Part shown: positions 11,241-23,326 of the stretch, in pieces | Position numbering within the stretch: position 1 is the first letter of the stretch | How the letters are laid out: each line of letters starts with the position of its first letter | From: Ginkgo biloba | Taxonomy: Eukaryota > Plantae > Ginkgophyta | Direction of reading: 5' to 3' | Length of the DNA stretch: 23,326 bases | Assembly (NCBI GenBank): GCA_024626585.2 | Contig: JANKJI020000004.1 | Location: 59,713,484 to 59,736,809, forward strand | The notes under the pieces: model-generated | What the model was told of the DNA's origin: nothing | What the model saw: only the letters and a program-made list of their open reading frames with translations | Database searches by the model: none | Program-made: the position numbers and the translations under genes

Positions 11241-13683
11241 CATTTATTCAAATACATGAACATTAAGGGCGAAGAAGGAAGGTGCATTTAATACTTCATC
11301 TACCAGGTGGCTGAGGAAGACGAAGAAGGTGAATCCCTAGAGAAGCATTGTAGGGCATTGATGGCAGAAGGACATTGCAGGAGTTAGATTCTCACCTAAC
11401 CTAACCATTGGAGTAGAAGGGAACATTACGCCCTTGCCACTCATAGTCGTTTGAAATTCAAGCTTGAAATCCATAATGCAAAGGAAGAAACGGTTGGACA
11501 GTTGATTGCTAGAGGCGTTGGACTGTTGGAGGCTTGGCTATGCGAGTTCGACTGTTGAAGGGTTGGTTGCAGGAGGCGTTGTAAGTGTTGGCTTGGTTGA
11601 TTGTGGGATTTCACCGATGAGCAGGGGTCGAGGTTGATTGAAGAATAAATCGAAGTGCCCAAGCTAGAGGGTGTGTACAAAGAAGTGAAGAAACGTCAAA
11701 TGAGGGCAAAATGTGGATATGAGTTTGAATATGAACCTGTAGGGATCGAGAGAGTGAGACAAAGGGAGTTGTAGTAGCTAGAAATTATTGATTGATTGGG
11801 CAGATTTGTTGAGAGAGGTAGCTTAGGAGGGACGACGTGGAATTTTAGCCAAGAAAATGTGAAGCAAAGGCATCAAAGAGTTCGCCATAAGCAAGTGCAA
11901 GTTGAATAGGGTTGAGTAGATTTGCTAAGGGATGTAGCTCATGGTTCAGGGGCAGTGGTCCGATAAGTTGAATTATTTGTAATTGGTTGTATTTGGACCT
12001 TTGATAGAGAGGAAAAACCACATAGGCTTTGTAATGGTATGTGGTGTGTTGGTTCTAATGTACTTGGAGTTTTATTCCCTAAGAGGGTTTCTCCAGTTAA
12101 AAATATCATGTCTTACCATTATATGTCTTTGTGTGCTTTTTGTGAATTATTTTGTTTCCTTCATAATGNNNNNNNNNNNNNNNNNNNNNNNNNNNNNNNN
12201 NNNNNNNNNNNNNNNNNNNNNNNNNNNNNNNNNNNNNNNNNNNNNNNNNNNNNNNNNNNNNNNNNNNNTTATTGGTGATCCTTCTCCTTTTCTTCTTCAT
12301 TGTCCTTCTTGGATGGCTCAAAATGAGGTGTGAACAATGTTTAAAATATTACTCTAAACTCATATAACCCACAAGGCATACAAAAAGTAGTTTTTGTAGA
12401 ATTTTTAGGGATAAGAGGAATTTGTCAATAGTTGGAAGCCAAATCTAAAGAAGTGAAATAGGAAGCCCCGTCCAATTGATCCAAAATGTCATCCACTTGG
12501 GGTTAAGGAAAAACACCATTGACTATAATATGATTAAGATGTTAGAAATCAACACAAAATTGAACACCATTGTCTCTCTTTTTTACCAAATGAGGTTATG
12601 AAGTCCATGGACTCTTAAGGGTCGAATGGTTCCCTGCTATAACATTTGAATAACACATTATTATAAAGTAAAAATGTCTTATGGCGAGTGATGCCATATT
12701 AGAACTTTAAATAGTGAATGATCACTAGTGTGACCACAATATAAGATAGGTACAATTNNNNNNNNNNGATCCTAGAGTTGTAAACACTATAAAAAACTCT
12801 ATGAGAAAGGAATGAAGTTTAATTATATGAGCGGGGGATAGAAAAGGAGTTATGGGGTTAAAATGATGAAAAATTTACACTAATGATGAAGGTGAAATAT
12901 GAGAGGATTACCATGGAATAGTTAAGGAATGAAGTGACATATCCAAGGTAAGAGACAAAAATTTACAAGAGGTACCATTAGTGAACAACTAATCACAACC
13001 CTGTGTAAGAGAAAATATTTGTTATAGGCATAAGATTCATTTCGTAGAAAGGATCACACAAGTGAGTTTAATGGATAAGATCGACTATTGATATGTAATA
13101 GAGTAAGATACATTATTGTCAAAGGTAATTACAAGAGGTTGTATGGAATGAATGGTAAGTGCGAGTTCTTTAAAGAAATTACAAAGTATAGGAGTAATTA
13201 AGCATATGATGTCAATCGAAGCTATAATTGTATGGGGGAAATATACTAACACAAGAATGGAAGGTAGATAATAAGATAAAATATAAGCAACTTGAAGAAT
13301 ACTTTGGTGCATAAAATAAGAGTAGATCTACCCCTAGAGCCACTTAGTTAGGCATTTCTCAGGAGAGTATCATCAATTATATCTATACGATGTATATTTT
13401 GATAGACCTAAGGGTCAATGATAGTGATTGGCAATATGACCATACTAGTGACACTAAAATCATAATGGACAACCTTGAATATCTTGATTTGGTCATTTTC
13501 TAGTTGGAGCCATACGTACTTAAGCATTTTAAACCAGATCATTCTCCATAGGCATTGGTGTAGACTAAGGTAGCATTAAAGGAGGCTAAAAGNNNNNNNN
13601 NNNNNNNNNNNNNNNNNNNNNNNNNNNNNNCACTCATTATGTAATGGATAAATGATGACACAACCACTCGATACCGGACTTGC

Positions 13684-13695
13684 CCTGCGATACCA
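13684..13695 (-). promoter_or_regulatory. Second primer-binding-site-like motif (tRNA-iMet type) downstream of the 3' LTR
   Basis: - strand ...CATCA tt TGGTATCGCAGG versus the canonical plant PBS TGGTATCAGAGC. Confidence 0.65.
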
Positions 13696-13697
13696 AA

Positions 13698-14139
13698 TGA
13701 TGCAGCATAAGATTGGCGAATGATTGCTTCCATGAAAATAAGGTAGAGGAAGAGATAATTTCACACACAGTTTGTGCTTCAAAAAATAATCACTTTCATT
13801 AGAATAACATCAATTGAATTTTACGATTACATTAAATAGATTACANNNNNNNNNNNNNNNNNNNNNNNNNNNNNNNNNNNNNNNNNNNNNNNNNNNNNNN
13901 NNNNNTCACTCTACTCTGATCAACATTCCTTCTCTCTCTTTTGTCCCCATACTTTCCTACTCTGTCTTCTCTTTACTACTCTCTCTCTCTCTCCTCTTCT
14001 CCATGTAGTTGCTCCTTTTCCCTCCTCTTTTTTTTCTTCTTACTTCTTTTCCAAAATGTCCCCCCAACTCCCAAAAGGTTCTCTCTAGCGCTAAAATATA
14101 TCATTTTGGCATTTGATGGGTGAGTAATTAAGATCATCA
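13698..14139 (-). repeat. 3' LTR (TGATG...CATCA), contains an N gap and a (CT)n tract
   Basis: Starts tgatgcag at 13698 and ends gatcatca at 14139. 13734-13768 is identical over 35 nt to 15328-15362 (gaaaataaggtagaggaagagataatttcacacac). PPT-like AGGAAGGAATTAA lies on the - strand at 14140-14152. Confidence 0.75.
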
Positions 14140-14265
14140 TTAATTCCTTCCTATAGTTGAAGAAGNNNNNNNNNNNNNNNNNNNNNNNNNNNNNNNNNNN
14201 NNNNNNNNNNNNNNNNNNNNNNNNNNNNNNNNNNNNNNNNNNNNNNNNNNNNNNNNNNNNNNNNN

Positions 14266-15030
14266 CTCCACTTCTAGACTGAGGATTTCACTCCCCTTGC
14301 TATGGGTCATTTTCTTATCCTCGACCTTCAACACCAACTGATACACTTTGTCCATCGTCTTCATTCGATGCATGGAGATCTCATCCTGAATGGGAATGTT
14401 TAGTCCATTCATATATCTTGTTGTCAGTTGTTCTTCACCTTCATCATGTTTGCTCTTGATGGAAAACTTGTAGAATTTGTTGATGTACCCTTGTACCTTT
14501 TTATCTCTTTGTCTTAGATTCTAGAATTTCTGAAATAATCTTTGCCCATAATCCGTAGGAAAGAATTTTTCTTTGAGATTTACCACCATCTTGTTCAATG
14601 TTTGAACCTTCTCCTTTTCTTTATGTATCGTCTCTTTCTACAAATGCTCCCACCATAGAGATGTGCGTCCCTTCAAATTAGTGAACAAAAATTTTACCTT
14701 CTTGGGGTCTTCTATCTCCTCCTACTCAAAATACTTCTCCATAACTCCTATTCAATCTAGTTAGTCTTACGGTTTCAGGCTCCCTCTAAAGCTCATAACT
14801 TCCATTTTGCTCTACCTTTTATCTTCTTCCATAACTCTATCAACAAAGCATCTAAGTCCTCTACCCTCTATTTCTTTTTGTTTACCTCTTCCTCTAGTCC
14901 TAACTTATGGTTACCTTCATGTCTACCTCTTCTCTATTCATTCTCTAATTCTTCAATCTATCTCCTCAAGGCTTTGATCTCCCTGTTGTCTACTATTCTT
15001 CCTCCTTTGGCTACTCTCGGTGCTATTATT
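14266..15030 (-). pseudogene. gag: Ty3/gypsy gag (retrotransposon gag domain), with stops and frameshifts
   Basis: Translation KMEVMSFRGSLKP...MEKYFE*EEIEDPKKVKF...LKGRTSLWWEHL...NLKEKFFPTDYGQRLFQKF*NLRQRDKKVQGYINKFYKF...RYMNGLNIPIQDEISMHRMKTMDKVYQLVLKVEDK matches the chromovirus gag pattern (LKGxAxxWW, NLxQ...VxxYxxxF, RYxNGL). Confidence 0.9.
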
Positions 15031-15291
15031 TCACACCTTTCTATAATCAATGACTTCCTCAAGCATTCCTCAATAATTTGACAATGAACTCAAGCCTAGG
15101 CTCTCCTCACCACAATCCTCCATTAACACCTTAGCTCCTACTACCTACTTGGCCAATACTTGGCTCTTCACTCTTCACTAGTAACCAATCTCCATGGATC
15201 CCTTCAACAACCTTCATAATGAGCCCTCTCTGGATCTAATACTTGATGATGAAGAAGCCACCGGATACTAGACTCACCCTCCGATACTGGA

Positions 15292-15703
15292 TGATTTAGT
15301 TGAGGACTCATGAACAATTGCTACAACGAAAATAAGGTAGAGGAAGAGATAATTTCACACACTATAAAGTTCGTGCTTGAAACAAGAATCACTTTCATTA
15401 GAATAGCCCCGAAGGTATTTTATAATTACATCATAGAAATTACAGTTACATAATCTCAATTCTTCTCCCTTAGAAGGAGTTCACCACACAATCCCTACAA
15501 GTACTCCTCGCTCTGCCTTGATCGATGTTCCTCAAATATTTCTCCTCTATCTCCTTCTTCTCTCTCTCTCTCTCTCTCTTTTGTCCCCCTNNNNNNNNNN
15601 NNNNNNNNNNNNNNNNNNNNNNNNNNNNNNNNNNNNNNNNNNNNNNNNNNNNNNNNNNNNNNNNNNNNNNNNNNNNNNNNNNNNNNNNNNGGGTGAGCCA
15701 TCG
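15292..15703 (-). repeat. 5' LTR (degenerate termini TGATT...CATCG), contains a 100-N gap and a (CT)n tract
   Basis: Colinear with 13698-14139, including aatcactttcattagaata, ctctctttgtcccc-like and gggtgag motifs. Degraded PBS complement ccctccgatactgg at 15277-15290. Confidence 0.7.
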
Positions 15704-15789
15704 TTAGTTTGGAGGTTTAGTTTTTTGAGTGATTGTGGAGGGATCACAAGTGTGGGGTCATTCGCTTGAAACCCATCTCTACTCCTTTA

Positions 15790-16170
15790 TTACTAAGCAG
15801 TATGGTGGTAACAATGGTGGCCTACATTTGGTATTAGTCTCTTCCATGATCTGGATTTGGTGCTCTTGGCTCTATTGAAAGGTTTTATTAGTTTCGTGGA
15901 TTTTGTAAGCTATTAGGAGTTCGATTGGTGGTACAACTTGAATGTAATTTTTTCACTCAAGCCCATTTCTACCTCTTTGCACTTCAAATTTGTGTGGTTT
16001 GTTTTGGGGGACAACTACCGATCCAAAAGTGGTTACTAGGGAGTATGGCGGTAACAACAGTGACTTCCATCCCTTTTGGTGCTCCTATTGAATCCCTGGG
16101 TAGTTTTTACTTACGATTTTGTGAGTCCATTAAGGAATTTGTTTATTGCATCTTGATGCCCTATTTTTTG
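15790..16170 (+). repeat. Diverged direct repeat, period ~243 bp; possibly a LINE 3' UTR ending in an A-rich tail near 16345-16380
   Basis: ttactaagcagtatggtggtaacaa...tttggtgctc...ctattgaa...gattttgtaagctattagg at 15790 versus ttactagggagtatggcggtaacaa...tttggtgctcctattgaa...gattttgtgagtccattaagg at 16033. Confidence 0.6.
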
Positions 16171-16375
16171 AAGGCAACATGTAATTCGATTTGTAAAAGC
16201 GTTCCCATTGTAATGGCTACGCTGACATACAAACACTTACCTCTCTAAATATTTGAGAGAGGTTTATCTGTAATAGCTTAATTAGCTTAATTCTGGAGGC
16301 TGCTAAAGTGGCCCTTTTGTAATTTCACCAATATAATATAATATCGTTTTTCTGATTTAAAAAACAACAAACAAC

Positions 16376-16705
16376 AATACAATTTTTTAAAACTTTTACT
16401 ATTTAGTATGATCATACAATTTTACAAATCTATTTTGAATACAATCTTATAAATTTATTACAATCTATTTTAATATGATATTGAACAATGATAATTATAT
16501 TTCAAATTTATTACAAATCCATTTTAATATCATATAAAATAATGATATAACAATTTTACAAATCTATTTTAATATAATATTGAATAATGATAAAATATTA
16601 TAATTATATTTCAATACAATATTCAACATCAATACAATTTTTTAACTCTATTACAAACCTATTTTAATATGATATTACATAATGCATATACAATTTTATA
16701 AAACT
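16376..16705. repeat. AT-rich degenerate satellite
   Basis: Core ttacaaatctattttaatat(g)atat near 16422, 16458, 16511, 16556 and 16651; caatttta(c/t)aaa recurs at ~135-140-bp spacing. Confidence 0.75.
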
Positions 16706-17972
16706 GTTGGATGNNNNNNNNNNNNNNNNNNNNNNNNNNNNNNNNNNNNNNNNNNNNNNNNNNNNNNNNNNNNNNNNNNNNNNNNNNNNNNNNNNNNNNN
16801 NNNNNNNNNNNNNAAATGATTAAATAATCTTATCATTTATAAAAATACTCGCTTGTTTCACTTGTCCTTTCAAGTTATCATAAATGTATATCTTTAGATC
16901 TCACACATTGCAACGTCTTTTCAATTAATGTTAAGCCTTATGCACTTTTTACTATCAACTACTAGTACAAGATCCTGTCTCTTTAGAGCTCTCACTTGGT
17001 CTGGTATGTGTGTTGTGAGATAGAAACCTTGTCTTCTTTCTAACATATAGTATTGAAAGAAACTAATTAGCCTTTTTTACTATGTTAGAAACTCTGCAAA
17101 GCTTGTAACTTTCTATAAAAGGCAGTGGGCCTCGAAAAGGAATGTCATGAGAGTGAAGATTATGTCTAATGATAGGGAAGAAAAAATATTAGTGAGCATT
17201 AAAAGTCTGGGAGATGTGGACTGGGAAGTAATTGAGTGGGGGTAGTCGGATGAGAAGAATTCAGGGGAATGTTGTTCCTTCCTTTACTACTTATTGTTAA
17301 CAATTGTGCCACTTATGTTATTACATGTGTAACATAAGAAAGGAATGGGAGGTATTGGAAAGAAATATGACTAATGAGAGGTGAGAAGTNNNNNNNNNNN
17401 NNNNNNNNNNNNNNNNNNTAGTGGTATTTTAGACATAGAAACCCTACTTTAGATTTCAAAAGTAGGTGGCTTGAGAGGGATCTACAATGAAATAGTGTGT
17501 GAAACTCTTCTTTTAAAATCCATGGCCAAGTGCTAGAGGCTCCAAAAAGGAGATGTTGAGGAGAAGGATGAGTGAAAATTCATAATCCATATTATTCATC
17601 TTCATAACTTTAGCACTCCCTGTGTCCAAGGGANNNNNNNNNNNNNNNNNNNNNNNNNNNNNNNNNNNNNNNCCCTCAATTGTAGTTGTTGTTGGCAATA
17701 ATGAATTCTAACACTAGACACATAAAATGTTATCTTTTTTATATCATCAATGAATTCTTTTGAATGCAACCTGCTTCAGATCTAGGAGAATGTCCTAAGC
17801 CATATGTGTTTGAATTTTTGTATTCTTCTTTATTGTGGACACCTCTTTGTATCATGTAATTTTGGAAATAAAGAAAATACTTACATACATGTATTCTCCT
17901 TATGTTGAAAATGGGCATAATTTGAACAAGAAATTTTCTTATTGTACAATATTTACAAAGTTCATTTTTTAT

Positions 17973-18564
17973 TTATAAATAAAAATGTTTTAAGTATTGC
18001 CCATTTAATGGGATGGGAAATATGATTCCATCTTGATGCTTTAGCTTGAAAGCATTATCTTCTATCATCTTGATAATCTCATAAGGGCCCATCCAAAGAG
18101 AATCAATCTTGTGATGAGCACCCATTTCCTCTTTCACTTTGTTCCACATCAATACTTGATCACCCATCTAAATTCCTTTCTTATCACTTTCTTATTAAAA
18201 CTTCACTTGATATTATTTAGATGTTTTTTAGAAAGTAAAACTATGGCTTTCCTTTTCTCATCTAGCTACAAGAGATCAAATAAGAATCATTCAATTGGGT
18301 CATTACTGAAACCTTCATAATTTTATTTCATATCCAATTTGAATGCTAAAACTTGGATATTAATCAACAAACTAAACTCCTTACCATATACAATAGCATA
18401 TAGGGAACACCTAAGGTAATACATTGGAGTGCTTTACACTACCCATAGGGATAAGGGTAGCTTATTGTGACAATGGTAAAGGTTATGCTTCATCGTCCTC
18501 TTTAAAAACTTTATAAGACTCTTATTAGTTTATTCTACTAAACCATTACCCTAGGGATAATAGT
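17973..18564 (-). pseudogene. pol: Ty3/gypsy (Athila/Tat-Ogre-type, non-chromoviral) pol integrase C-terminus, decayed
   Basis: YYP*GNGLVE*TNKSL (YYPQGNGxxExxNK motif), PYMLLYGKE, then GDQVLMWNK...KIDSLWMGPYEIIK...NAFKL...PLNGQYLKHFY* (GPY/F module and NGxxLKxY terminus). Confidence 0.88.
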
Positions 18565-18664
18565 NNNNNNNNNNNNNNNNNNNNNNNNNNNNNNNNNNNN
18601 NNNNNNNNNNNNNNNNNNNNNNNNNNNNNNNNNNNNNNNNNNNNNNNNNNNNNNNNNNNNNNNN

Positions 18665-20580
18665 CTCAGGATGAGATTTAAAACTATCTGAGATTTTACT
18701 TTGGATGCCTTCTACCAGTCCAATTTTTACTTGCAGTTCACATTTCTATTTTAGAGACGGTCAGCCTGGTCTTTTCAAAACTACTCTGCTAAAGTCCATA
18801 CCATCCCCCTTAGTTTTTCGTTTCCCTACAACCTCTTTGACTATTTTGTTTACTATTCGATCTTTTATAGAACTTAATGGTCCGAAATAGGCAGTCATTT
18901 CCAAGCTTCCTCCTTCAGCCGATAGCAAGATAACCTGTCCGGGCTTGCTGCTGTCACGTGGTCCTTGAGGAGAGTCTGAGTTTTTTGCTAAGCATATTTT
19001 AAGACTGTCTGCGAGGACATCATTAGGGAACATACTCCCCTCTTTCTTTGGATGCATGGGTGATCCCTAAGAAAGGATACAGTCATCCCCCATAGCAAAT
19101 GAGTGAAGATTTATGGATCCAACTAGGATGGGCTTCTCCGTAACAGTCAGGATTGCTTCAACTACATTCTAAAAAGATACACAAAGACCATTAGGACAGG
19201 CCAAGTCCTTTCCTAACTGAGGATCCAGATCAACCCATGCACCTAGCAGCCGACCAGAGCCCTCTTCTTTAAAAAATAATGGATCAGACTCCTTTGGGCT
19301 AGGCGAACCACTAGAGATAGGGGAATTAAACACAGAATCTAAGGAGAAAGATAATCCAAGCAGCGGGTTTGACACACATATCAAATGTGGACAAACGCTT
19401 CTCTGAGCGCTTAACTCCTTCCTCAAGAAATCCTTACCAGACTTGATTGAAACCTCATCAACCACCATCGAACTCCCACCCAACAACAAATCCTGAACGT
19501 AAAGACTTTACTTGGAAAGATCCCTGTCTACCAAGTTTGGAGCCTAGTTGACTTCCAAACTAGAGGAAGGACCTTTCGGATGATCAACCGGAGAAACAAC
19601 TAATGGAGAAATGCGCAGATTTTTTGAAGGATCCTCGAAATGAAAGTTTCCTTCAAATTTACTAGGAGATTGGGGAGAAGTATTCTTAGCACCAACCATA
19701 TCCATTTTGGGTGCACTTGCACTAGTTTTAGCCGCTCCATCATTTTTACCTATGCTATCTTTATCTTTTGAATTGTATTTTTGTCACCCATCATCCTCAA
19801 ATGAGGGTTGAGATTGTGAGATAAGCTCTATTCGAATAACATTTTTGGATGCCCCATCTTGTCGAGTTTGAGAGTTATCATTTTTATTTAGTAGTAGATA
19901 ATATTTAATTTTGTGCTTAGAACTTTGGCACTAAAAATAGGTGTTGGGGACATCCATGTATTTATTTGGATGTATGAACATAAAGTCACCACATTAAATA
20001 CATAACTCATTTTTTATCTCTTTTGATAGGTCTACCTCTACATAGACATAATGATTGGGTCTTGCNNNNNNNNNNNNNNNNNNNNNNNNNNNNNNNNNNN
20101 NNNNNNNNNNNNNNNNNNNNNNNNNNNNNNNNNNNNNNNNNNNNNNNNNNNNNNNNNNNNNNNNNATTGCATGGTCCATGGCCCTTTAAGCAATACTTCC
20201 TTGCTCATTTCAAGAGGTTTGAACGTGAATGAGTAAAATACCTTGGTAAAGTAATAGATAGAAATAACTTTCTAGTTGTATATTTTCTAAGATTCTCTAA
20301 TCTAGGCCCTTAGGGTAGATTTAGGAGGAGTAGGACCTATAAAATATCTAATAAGAGTTCTGGCAACTATATTTTCTGAGATATAATTTAAATTATTAGG
20401 ATTGATAAAAACATCTAGAGCATCGGTCTTACCTTGTGGTACACTTTTGGGATAAAATTTTGATCTCTCTTAGATGCCATGTGAGCCTCCTCTATCTCTA
20501 GGCCTGTAATTGGATTGAGAATTCAAAAAGGAACTATCGTGGGGATGACCAGGGGTTATAATAACAAAAATATCCACCAT
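18665..20580 (-). mobile_element. L1-type LINE ORF1 remnant (DUF4283-like region, degenerate zinc knuckle, long low-complexity tail)
   Basis: LIRYFIGPTP...FYSFTF...KEVLLKGPW (DUF4283-like); YVEVDLSKEIKNELCI*CGDF...YMDVPNTYF*CQSSKHKIK (VEVDLSK plus a decayed CX2CX4HX4C); Ser/Pro-rich linker; basic end KRPG*PSLK*K...GIQSKI. ORF2 is not seen (gap at 18565-18664). Confidence 0.78.
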
Positions 20581-23326
20581 TATTAGGGATGGACACCCTT
20601 TTGGGAGAAACTAGAAAATAATATCATAAGAGTAAAGGTTGTGGGTAGTGGAAGATCTATGAAATAAATGCTGATAGAGACTACATATCATACAAATTGA
20701 CCANNNNNNNNNNNNNNNNNNNNNNNNNNNNNNNNNNNNNNNNNNNNNNNNNNNNNNNNNNNNNNNGATAAAAAATAAAGTATAATGAAGCATTGCCCAT
20801 TTGCATTTTATGTTTTGATACCAAGTAGGCCATATTCCTATCTCAGATTAATTTTTTTGGATGGATCTTTCTTAATCATTAATTATTAGTTTCTTTAAAC
20901 CAATAGGGTCCTCTAGATAATAAATATGGTGACACATATATACATCATGCATGTTCAAGGATTACAATAATAACATTTCTTATGACATTTGGAGTGATAA
21001 ATAAAAATAGTTATAATTTCTTTGTACATTTGATTTTTATCCCTAATGATTCCCATAACAGTTGCATAGGCCATAATCATAGTTTTGATTCTAACTAAGT
21101 ATAGTTGGTTAGATACTCACATATCTTAATTTATTATTATTCTTGCAAGAAACCCAATATTCTCTATCCATTGATGTAATTGAGACAATGTGTCTACTAT
21201 TAGAATGTACANNNNNNNNNNNNNNNNNNNNNNNNNNNNNNNNNNNNNNNNNNNNNNNNNNNNNNNNNNNNNNNNNNNNNNNNNNNNNNNNNNNNNNNNN
21301 NNNNNNNNNNNNNNNNNNNNNNNNNNNNNNNNNNNNNNNNNNNNNNNNNNNNNNNNNNNNNNNNNNNNNNNNNNNNNNNNNNNNNNNNNNNNNNNNNNNN
21401 NNNNNNNNNNNNNNNNNNNNNNNNNNNNNNNNNNNNNNNNNNNNNNNNNNNNNNNNNNNNNNNNNNNNNNNNNNNNNNNNNNNNNNNNNNNNNNNNNNNN
21501 NNNNNNNNNNNNNNNNNNNNNNNNNNNNNNNNNNNNNNNNNNNNNNNNNNNNNNNNNNNNNNNNNNNNNNNNNNNNNNNNNNNNNNNNNNNNNNNNNNNN
21601 NNNNNNNNNNNNNNNNNNNNNNNNNNNNNNNNNNNNNNNNNNNNNNNNNNNNNNNNNNNNNNNNNNNNNNNNNNNNNNNNNNNNNNNNNNNNNNNNNNNN
21701 NNNNNNNNNNNNNNNNNNNNNNNNNNNNNNNNNNNNNNNNNNNNNNNNNNNNNNNNNNNNNNNNNNNNNNNNNNNNNNNNNNNNNNNNNNNNNNNNNNNN
21801 NNNNNNNNNNNNNNNNNNNNNNNNNNNNNNNNNNNNNNNNNNNNNNNNNNNNNNNNNNNNNNNNNNNNNNNNNNNNNNNNNNNNNNNNNNNNNNNNNNNN
21901 NNNNNNNNNNNNNNNNNNNNNNNNNNNNNNNNNNNNNNNNNNNNNNNNNNNNNNNNNNNNNNNNNNNNNNNNNNNNNNNNNNNNNNNNNNNNNNNNNNNN
22001 NNNNNNNNNNNNNNNNNNNNNNNNNNNNNNNNNNNNNNNNNNNNNNNNNNNNNNNNNNNNNNNNNNNNNNNNNNNNNNNNNNNNNNNNNNNNNNNNNNNN
22101 NNNAGTTACCATTTTATTATTATTATTTTTTTATTAATTATATTTGTTTTAATACATTTTGTTTATTAAATAATTTTACTAGAACTTACATCTTTTCACA
22201 CTCCTAAAGGTATAAGGAATTCTCTTCAACTCTTTCTTAGATTTAATAAATGGTATGCTCCATGCTCTCTCTATTTTTCCATTCACACTATTTTTATTTA
22301 ATGTGGCCTTGCTTAATAAGTGATTTTATTTTTTTCACAAAGNNNNNNNNNNNNNNNNNNNNNNNNNNNNNNNNNNNNNNNNNNNNNNNNNNNNNNNNNN
22401 NNNNNNNNNNNNCACTTCTTAGAAAGATAAATAAAATTTGTGCATGGTATTACTGAACTTAGTTACATATAATCTAGTGTCCATTTTCTTTCATATGTGA
22501 AAAAAAAATCAAAATATTTTATGCATTTAAATTAGTCTTTAAAAGTTAATTTAGATAATAGATAGTTAGCAACAAATAGTCTATAGCCATGGCAAATAAT
22601 TACCACCATAACATGTTTAGCTTGATTATTGATGGGAAATGTTTCAAATATTAATCCTATGCATTGGTCACTTATGATTATGATCTCTTTAGCTCTAGCA
22701 ATTGAGAAAATTACCCAATGTCTTATTGAAGTTCTATTTTTCACATAGAAGTTCTCATAGATGACTCTTTGTATGGGTCGAAAACATAAGATGGCCCATC
22801 TTCATGCTACTCTTGTTGCTTCCACATCAAAGAATCCATGAAGCCCAAATATATCATTTCTCTTGAATAATTTCTCATTTATTCTTCTACTCTTAGCACC
22901 CTCGACATAGAAATCTTATTTGAATGGATCCTTCCTAATATATTCTTTGTCTTGAAGCTATGGTAGTGTTACAAAAATTGACTCACCATTATCTTTTTTA
23001 AGTTCATAGATCTCTAAAATTTTGAATTTATAAGAATCTCAAAGTTATATTTTGTACTTCATGGTCAATTTAAAATAATATACTACCCTCATTAATGCAT
23101 TAAATTCTTGTTAAATATAATAAATTACTCTCATTATCAGTTTATTAGTTGTTACCCTGTATTTACCTAGATGTTTCTTAAATACACTAAATTATCTCAT
23201 TTGGTATTATCTTAAATAAATGATTTTTAAATTATCTTATAACATATTCTTAAAATAATTTTATTTATGAGATTAATGAGGGGGTAGTTGGATGTGATGC
23301 ACCCGCTCGGTTGCTGGAGGATTTGT

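Larger units (their letters stand above)
13698..15703 (-). mobile_element. Ty3/gypsy LTR retrotransposon, CRM-like chromovirus (LTR-PBS-gag-[gap]-PPT-LTR)
   Basis: Two homologous LTRs offset by 1594 bp, a PBS-like site next to the 5' LTR, a gag homologue, a purine tract before the 3' LTR, and TGATG...CATCA termini, which are typical of CRM-clade elements. Confidence 0.8.

Noticed and set aside
12800-13330. Purine-rich stretch as a decayed gag or other CDS
   Set aside because: Stops occur in all frames and there is no diagnostic motif.
17229-17253. ~24-nt similarity to 23271-23295 (ggggtagt(c/t)ggatg)
   Set aside because: Too short, and the second copy lies at the window edge, so an LTR pair cannot be established.
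21126-22207. Long ORFs of 315-354 aa
   Set aside because: Almost entirely Ns, with non-coding AT-rich flanks.
22532-22744. RNase H-like motif (FPINNQAK resembling TNNQAEY)
   Set aside because: Catalytic residues are not recognisable and the similarity could be chance.

Overview
AT-rich, gap-riddled eukaryotic draft sequence. It is almost certainly land-plant nuclear DNA, and the retroelement types and density suggest a large-genome plant such as a gymnosperm (inference). There are no prokaryotic genes, rRNA, tRNA or CRISPR. Most six-frame ORFs are artefacts of N-runs. Contents: (i) 1-~4800, an unidentified multi-exon, + strand gene or pseudogene, with three exons that splice GT-AG into a stop-free ~100-aa frame and degraded flanking exons; (ii) 7628-7839, a 212-bp non-autonomous Helitron with both ends recognisable; (iii) 13698-15703, a - strand CRM-like Ty3/gypsy unit (LTR-PBS-gag-gap-PPT-LTR) followed by a second PBS; (iv) 17973-18564, a decayed non-chromoviral gypsy integrase; (v) 18665-20580, a decayed L1 LINE ORF1; (vi) several minisatellites and diverged direct or inverted repeats. 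I found no convincing evidence of a new biological system. The best leads are the unassigned spliced gene, the duplicated-PBS gag element and the hairpin-capped mini-Helitron. All alignments and translations were done by eye, so boundaries are approximate unless stated.
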